Source: an uncultured Candidatus Saccharibacteria bacterium (GTDB lineage Bacteria; Patescibacteriota; Saccharimonadia; Saccharimonadales; CAIOMD01). From it: a stretch of 64,000 nucleotides of DNA. The position numbers and the translations under genes are program-made. The stretch lies in NCBI GenBank assembly GCA_903859365.1, contig CAIOMD010000006.1, positions 22,152-86,151 of the forward strand, written 5' to 3'. The notes beneath the pieces were generated by a model. It saw nothing but the letters and a program-made list of their open reading frames with translations, made no database searches and was not told the origin of the DNA. Position 1 is the first letter of the stretch; every line of letters begins with the position of its first letter. Below, piece by piece: positions 59,111 through 64,000 of the stretch.

Positions 59111-59863
59111 GTGTATAGACTAGTAATAGAAATGAAATCCCTACCATTGTTTATAGCCTGCATTGCATTTATGTCTACTCTTTGTGGTGGTCTTTTTAGT
59201 TTAAAACATCGAGACAAATTACATCGAATCCTAGGCTACACTGCTGGTGTTATCATGGGTGTTGTCGTTTTCGACATTATGCCTGAAATTTTCAAAGATA
59301 TCCAAAACCAACATCTCACTACAACTGTACCGATGATCGTTTTTATTAGCGGTTTCCTACTTTTTCACATCATAGAGAAAACGATCCTCATACATCACTC
59401 CAATGAAAGTGAATACGAGGTCCATAAGCACCCTCAGGTGGGAGTTGCATCAGCACTTGCACTGTGTGGACACAGCTTCTTGGATGGAGTGGGTATCGGA
59501 ATCGGATTTCAAGTGAGTAATACTGTTGGAATTGCTATAGCAATAGCGGTCATTGCACATGATTTTTCAGATGGTATCAACACCGTATCACTTATGCTGG
59601 TAAATAAGAACACCCGGGATAAATCATTTAGATTCCTGCTGCTTGATGCGCTTGCGCCTGTACTTGGCGTACTTTCGACATTCTTATTCGTGCTACCTAA
59701 TCAATTTGTTGTCTATTATCTCTGTCTTTTTGCGGGCTTTTTGCTCTACATTGGTGCAAGTGAAATTTTGCCTGAAGCACACTCAGATCATTCATCATTT
59801 AAAACGGTCGGACTAACGATACTTGGTGTCGTTTTCATGTTTGTTGTTACTCGCTTTATTTAA
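59111..59863 (+). CDS. zupT: ZIP-family metal cation transporter
   Basis: 'HSFLDGVGIGIGF' and 'HDFSDG' metal-binding TM motifs. The likely start is 'MKSLPLF' at 59132. Confidence 0.8.
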   Translation: MYRLVIEMKSLPLFIACIAFMSTLCGGLFSLKHRDKLHRILGYTAGVIMGVVVFDIMPEIFKDIQNQHLTTTVPMIVFISGFLLFHIIEKTILIHHSNESEYEVHKHPQVGVASALALCGHSFLDGVGIGIGFQVSNTVGIAIAIAVIAHDFSDGINTVSLMLVNKNTRDKSFRFLLLDALAPVLGVLSTFLFVLPNQFVVYYLCLFAGFLLYIGASEILPEAHSDHSSFKTVGLTILGVVFMFVVTRFI

Positions 59864-59877
59864 AAAAGCTCCCTTTT

Positions 59878-61035
59878 TTGCTGTATACTTTAGTAATGAA
59901 TAACGCCCAAGGAGCACTCGAAGCACACAAAAAACTTCGAGGAAAAATAAAAATAGAACTCAAAGAACAGCTCACAAGTCCTGCTCAATTAGGGCTTTAC
60001 TATACACCTGGAGTAGCTGCAGTCAGTAGCTTGCTCGCAAATAATCCAGAAGAAACACATAATTACACCTGGACTAACAATAATGTTGCGGTTATTAGTG
60101 ACGGATCGGCAGTCTTAGGTCTCGGGAATATTGGCCCACAGGGTGCACTTCCCGTCATGGAAGGCAAGAGCATGCTTTTTAAGCATTTTGCAGACATCGA
60201 TGCTGTTCCTATCGTTTTAGATGTACATAGCGTTGATGAGATTGTCGCAGCCGTAAAGGCAATCGCTCCTAGTTTTGGTGGAATAAACCTTGAAGATATC
60301 GCTGCACCGCAATGTTTTGAAATTGAAAGAAGACTTATCGAAGAGCTCTCAATACCCGTCATGCACGACGATCAACACGGCACTGCAATTGTAGTACTTG
60401 CAGGTCTCATAAATGCAGCGCGGCTTAGAAATAAACCCATTGAAGAAAGCAAAATAGTGATCGTAGGTGCGGGTGCAGCAGGAATTGCGATAGCAAAACT
60501 ACTACATACCTATGCAGCACCAACAATTGTTATGGTCGATAGTAAGGGAATTATAGATAAGAGCAGAACAGACCTAAATAGTACAAAAATTGATCTTCTA
60601 ACGTTCACGAACCCTAGTAATGTCACTGGTGGCTTATCGCAGGCACTTGAAGATGCTGACATCTTCATCGGGGTTTCCCAGCCGGGCTTACTTACGAGTG
60701 AACTAATCCACATAATGGCGAAAGATCCGGTGATATTTGCCATGGCAAACCCCATTCCGGAAATAATGCCTGATGAAGCAAAGAAAGCCGGAGCTTTCAT
60801 TATTGCAACCGGTCGAAGCGATTTTCCGAATCAAGTAAACAATGCGTTGGCGTTTCCCGGTATTTTCAAAGGCGCGCTAGATAATCGAATAAGAAGCATC
60901 GATACCGAACATAAGATTGCAGCAGCACAAAAAATCGCAAACCTTGTCGACGTGCCGACTCCAGACAACATTGTTCCTAGTATCTTTGACGAACGACTTG
61001 TTCCGGCAATTTCAGCACTCTTTAAAGAACTTTAG
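59878..61035 (+). CDS. NAD(P)-dependent malic enzyme (short form)
   Basis: 'VISDGSAVLGLGNIGPQGALPVMEGKSMLFK' and Rossmann motif 'VIVGAGAAGIAIAK'. Confidence 0.85.
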   Translation: MLYTLVMNNAQGALEAHKKLRGKIKIELKEQLTSPAQLGLYYTPGVAAVSSLLANNPEETHNYTWTNNNVAVISDGSAVLGLGNIGPQGALPVMEGKSMLFKHFADIDAVPIVLDVHSVDEIVAAVKAIAPSFGGINLEDIAAPQCFEIERRLIEELSIPVMHDDQHGTAIVVLAGLINAARLRNKPIEESKIVIVGAGAAGIAIAKLLHTYAAPTIVMVDSKGIIDKSRTDLNSTKIDLLTFTNPSNVTGGLSQALEDADIFIGVSQPGLLTSELIHIMAKDPVIFAMANPIPEIMPDEAKKAGAFIIATGRSDFPNQVNNALAFPGIFKGALDNRIRSIDTEHKIAAAQKIANLVDVPTPDNIVPSIFDERLVPAISALFKEL

Positions 61036-61612
61036 CGTCAGGTGGCAAGACGAATACTCCTTGCCGAATAATTTTAACTCCAGTATTACTTATCTGAATA
61101 ATGGTAGAGGGATTATTAGATTTAATGCCTCCGTCTAGGTAGTAGGCAACCTTATCCTTAAAATAGTCTTTAGCCATTTGAATGGTTGTTGCTGGCGGAG
61201 CTCCAGGATCATTGGCACTTGAAGTAAGCAGTGGACCGGTTTGTTCAAGAAGCCTACGCATAGGAACGTCTGCAACCACGCGAAATGCAATACTGCCAAG
61301 TCCTTGCGAAAGATAGTCTAACTGCGCACCGACAGGAAGTATAATACTTATTGGATTAGGCCAAAACGCTTTAGCAATATCTACGTACTTTTTATCTACT
61401 CCGAGCCGAATTAACTGTTCATAGCTCGCAGCTATTACCGTGCCAGGCTTACGCTCTCTATTTTTAAGTGTATATAATTTCTTAGTCGCTTCGGGATTAA
61501 TCGCACTTGCAGCAAGCCCGTACACCGTATCAGTGGGCAACACACCGACTGCACCACGTTTAATTTCATTCATAAGCGTCTCGTCGGTAAGCTGAGTATA
61601 GTAGTGTGTCAT
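61022..61612 (-). CDS. tsaC: L-threonylcarbamoyladenylate synthase (YrdC/TsaC)
   Basis: 'GAVGVLPTDTVYGLAA' YrdC motif. 196 aa. Confidence 0.85.
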   Translation of the reverse strand: MTHYYTQLTDETLMNEIKRGAVGVLPTDTVYGLAASAINPEATKKLYTLKNRERKPGTVIAASYEQLIRLGVDKKYVDIAKAFWPNPISIILPVGAQLDYLSQGLGSIAFRVVADVPMRRLLEQTGPLLTSSANDPGAPPATTIQMAKDYFKDKVAYYLDGGIKSNNPSTIIQISNTGVKIIRQGVFVLPPDAKVL

Positions 61613-61633
61613 AGTAAAAACATTTTATATCAA

Positions 61634-62116
61634 TTATAGGCTAGTATTTGCAACAGAAAGATGACCGAGCGCTTTTTTTTGAGCAAATGCAATTCTGTTC
61701 TGTTTATTACGGCTATTTACACCAATAACAGCTGCAAAAGCTTGAAGTGCTGCTAGATTTGGTATTTCAAGCCTTGGGGCAGTAGCAACCCAAATAGATT
61801 TACTATGCTCAGTTGAAACATTCATAAAAAATAGCCGGGCTAATGGTTCGAGAAATATATTTTTTCGCGCGCCCATAAGTTGCCCTTGCTCTGGCTGCAG
61901 AAGCTCAACAATCTCTACCTGTAGTAGCTGCTCATCCTGACGAAATACCTCGATGACATCATTAGTATCTCGACTCACAACTAATCTTGCTTTACCGTCT
62001 TGCTCGGAAGCATGGATTTGAATGACATTGTTGAGTAGTGGTGCGCCGATATCTACACAGCCTGGTTGAACTCTATCGAGTGAACTAGATAGAAACGGAA
62101 GTGATTCATTTTTCAT
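61634..62116 (-). CDS. hypothetical protein
   Basis: 160-aa ORF upstream of tsaC, unrecognised. Confidence 0.4.
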   Translation of the reverse strand: MKNESLPFLSSSLDRVQPGCVDIGAPLLNNVIQIHASEQDGKARLVVSRDTNDVIEVFRQDEQLLQVEIVELLQPEQGQLMGARKNIFLEPLARLFFMNVSTEHSKSIWVATAPRLEIPNLAALQAFAAVIGVNSRNKQNRIAFAQKKALGHLSVANTSL

Positions 62117-62172
62117 CAGATAATAATAGTACAGATAAGAAATAAGGCAAGGTTAAGCGGTAAGCGCAATCA

Positions 62173-62826
62173 TCAAGAATTTGGCTCTATAAAGTCTTCC
62201 GAGACAATAATTGAAACTTTTTTCTCAATAAGATCTCTCGATAAAAATACTTCGGGCAAAATCTTTTCATCTTTCAATTCCGACCAGATACAGTTTTTAG
62301 GTAGCTCAACTGCGGAAGTCTTCAGATAACTAAACACAAAACTCACCGCATGAACAAATATATCTTTTGTCTCTTTGTGACGATATCTAAAATCGATTGA
62401 TCCTTCTTTAATAAGTGTACGACTGATTTTCAAACCAGTCTTTTCAAATAACTCTCTTTGTGCTGCCTCTTCAAGGGATTCTCCGAAATGTACAACCCCA
62501 GAAGGAATTCCATACCAGCCCTTAAAAGGGCTTTTCATTCTCTTATAAAGCATGACCTGCCCTTTAGGATTAGTTAGAAATATTGATGTAATAAGAAGGG
62601 GTGAATTCCGGCGCTCTACAACATTATCACCAAAATGATATATTTTTAGAGCCTTTCTTGTAGGTTCATAGCCATTCTTTGAATGATGTAAATAACCTTT
62701 TTCTACAAGTTTTTTTAAATGATAGGAGAAGCTATTATTGGGAACATCATCAATTTGTAATTGCGAAAATTGCTGGGGAGATTTCTCAGTGAGCTTGATG
62801 AGGATTTGCTGCTGTATGTGATGCAT
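62173..62826 (-). CDS. NUDIX hydrolase with N-terminal winged-HTH domain
   Basis: N-terminal HTH 'QQILIKLTE...FSYHLKKLVEKGYL'. Nudix box 'GESLEEAAQRELFEKTGL'. Confidence 0.7.
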   Translation of the reverse strand: MHHIQQQILIKLTEKSPQQFSQLQIDDVPNNSFSYHLKKLVEKGYLHHSKNGYEPTRKALKIYHFGDNVVERRNSPLLITSIFLTNPKGQVMLYKRMKSPFKGWYGIPSGVVHFGESLEEAAQRELFEKTGLKISRTLIKEGSIDFRYRHKETKDIFVHAVSFVFSYLKTSAVELPKNCIWSELKDEKILPEVFLSRDLIEKKVSIIVSEDFIEPNS

Positions 62827-62943
62827 TTAAATTCTTCTATTTTTCACTATAGCAAGCCTCCACCGTTTTCACCTAATCAAATCAATTTGACTCAGTCTAT
62901 AATGACTAGATTTAGCCAATGCGCCACCATATACTGCAGAGTA

Positions 62944-64000
62944 ATGGGGGAAAAAAAGACAAACAAATCAAAAGTACATGACAGTGAACCGTTGGATCCT
63001 AATTCACAAATGGCGTATAGTTTGCTGAATTATGTTGATGATATATCTCTGCCAAGTCTCACTGAACTCTATGATCGTAACCACGATGAAGCGCGCATGG
63101 ATTCTATTGAGGTTAAAACAAAAAAAGATTCTTACAGCATATTGCACATGGCTGAGCTGCTCGTAGGTAATCAGGACTCAGCAATAGACACCTATTTGGG
63201 TATTTTAGAGAAGGTTGCCGCGCTTCCTGAAGAGATGAAGCCAGACACTATAGTGCTTTCAGGTATAGTGCAGGGAGATTTTAAATACATTCAAAAATCA
63301 CGTAGAAAAACAATTGTGCCTGAACTAACTTCCATGGACAAGCAATTTCACTATGCAAAGGATATGATAAGCGCAGCGCGAAAAGTAGCTCCCGTAATCT
63401 ACAACATGGGAAATGACGACCATCGAATAGCTGAAGAATATACTGTGGAAGTTTTTAAGAAAATGCAAAAACTAGCCAATCAAGAATCTAAAAGATTGGC
63501 TGCAAAAGAAGATGTTGCTGGTGCTCAGCTTGGATTGAATGTTTCGCAACTAGACAAGATGAAACAACACCCCCAATGGAACGCCCACCTTCAGTTTCAA
63601 ATAAATACCATATTTCCACATTGTCTTAAGCTAGGCAGAAGACTTCGAACAGGAGAAGAATTAAAAACTCTAACGGACGGCCGAATAGATATTGATGAAT
63701 ACTTCCTTCTATATGAGGCAGCTGAACTTACAAAAAAGAATCAAAAAATACCAAAGATGCATCGCGATATGCTTCAGCTTATCGAAGACGAATATGCAAA
63801 TATTGATGAGGGGCTTTACCCACTTACAATTACGGATGATTTCAATTTACAAATAAAAACTAAGAATGCGGAGTATTTAGATTACGTGCGGCATTACCTT
63901 GGATTTTCCGGTGAATCATTAAGCAAAAATCATCTTGGAACGCCACTAAAATTACTAGGCCAACTTGCTTCGCGGGGTGCTGTTATTCCTGATATGATTG
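62944..64000 (+). CDS. hypothetical protein (5' partial, continues beyond the window)
   Basis: ATG at 62944 opens an uninterrupted frame of more than 350 codons to the window end. A TATAAT lies at 62898-62903 upstream. Confidence 0.5.
   Translation, partial: MGEKKTNKSKVHDSEPLDPNSQMAYSLLNYVDDISLPSLTELYDRNHDEARMDSIEVKTKKDSYSILHMAELLVGNQDSAIDTYLGILEKVAALPEEMKPDTIVLSGIVQGDFKYIQKSRRKTIVPELTSMDKQFHYAKDMISAARKVAPVIYNMGNDDHRIAEEYTVEVFKKMQKLANQESKRLAAKEDVAGAQLGLNVSQLDKMKQHPQWNAHLQFQINTIFPHCLKLGRRLRTGEELKTLTDGRIDIDEYFLLYEAAELTKKNQKIPKMHRDMLQLIEDEYANIDEGLYPLTITDDFNLQIKTKNAEYLDYVRHYLGFSGESLSKNHLGTPLKLLGQLASRGAVIPDMI

Noticed and set aside
60063-60800. 99-aa and 96-aa minus-strand ORFs inside the malic enzyme gene.
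   Set aside because: Antisense shadow ORFs within a well-supported gene.

Overview
The window is 64 kb of low-GC (about 40%) chromosomal DNA with tightly packed genes, many of which overlap at start and stop codons. No rRNA, tRNA, CRISPR array, IS element or integrase was found. Judged by gene content only, it looks like a small-genome organism with a Gram-positive-type envelope, possibly a Saccharibacteria/CPR-like lineage; this is an inference with no database support. The signals for that call are: a complete F1Fo ATP synthase operon and a cyoABCDE cytochrome bo3 oxidase operon with heme O synthase; MurT/GatD lipid II amidation; a queuosine salvage module only (YhhQ–Tgt–QueA); and several actinobacterial-flavoured genes (WhiB-like, soluble acyl-ACP desaturase, Ppm1-like GT2 plus a GT-C membrane protein). 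Housekeeping blocks, in window order: ybaB-recR-nrnA-cysS; yhhQ/tgt/queA/trmH; two GT4 glycosyltransferases, an α/β hydrolase and a Thr/Pro-rich surface protein; atpBEFHAGDC; cyoABCDE; rplY(ctc); an envelope cluster (CDP-alcohol phosphatidyltransferase, GatD, MurT, UppP); folA; a 2-hydroxyacid dehydrogenase; malic enzyme; tsaC. Candidate accessory or unusual systems, in window order: (1) an FMN-binding protein, an ApbE flavin transferase and a NOX/ferric-reductase-like membrane flavocytochrome, suggesting transmembrane electron transfer; (2) a WhiB-like regulator next to a standalone RNAP α-CTD-like protein, with unknown ORFs and a histidine-kinase remnant; (3) a polyprenyl-phosphate-sugar-dependent surface glycosylation locus; (4) an α/β-hydrolase-like plus protein-kinase-like pair upstream of an orphan sensor kinase; (5) an FG-GAP β-propeller plus IPT/TIG surface protein; (6) a chemosensory operon (MCP-CheW-CheY-CheB-CheA-CheC-CheD plus two tandem REC proteins) with no flagellar genes nearby. 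Other sequence-level observations: RecR lacks its zinc finger; the ATP synthase δ subunit is only 128 aa; an unannotated 58-aa membrane ORF sits between two genes; and there are direct repeats and hairpins in intergenic regions.
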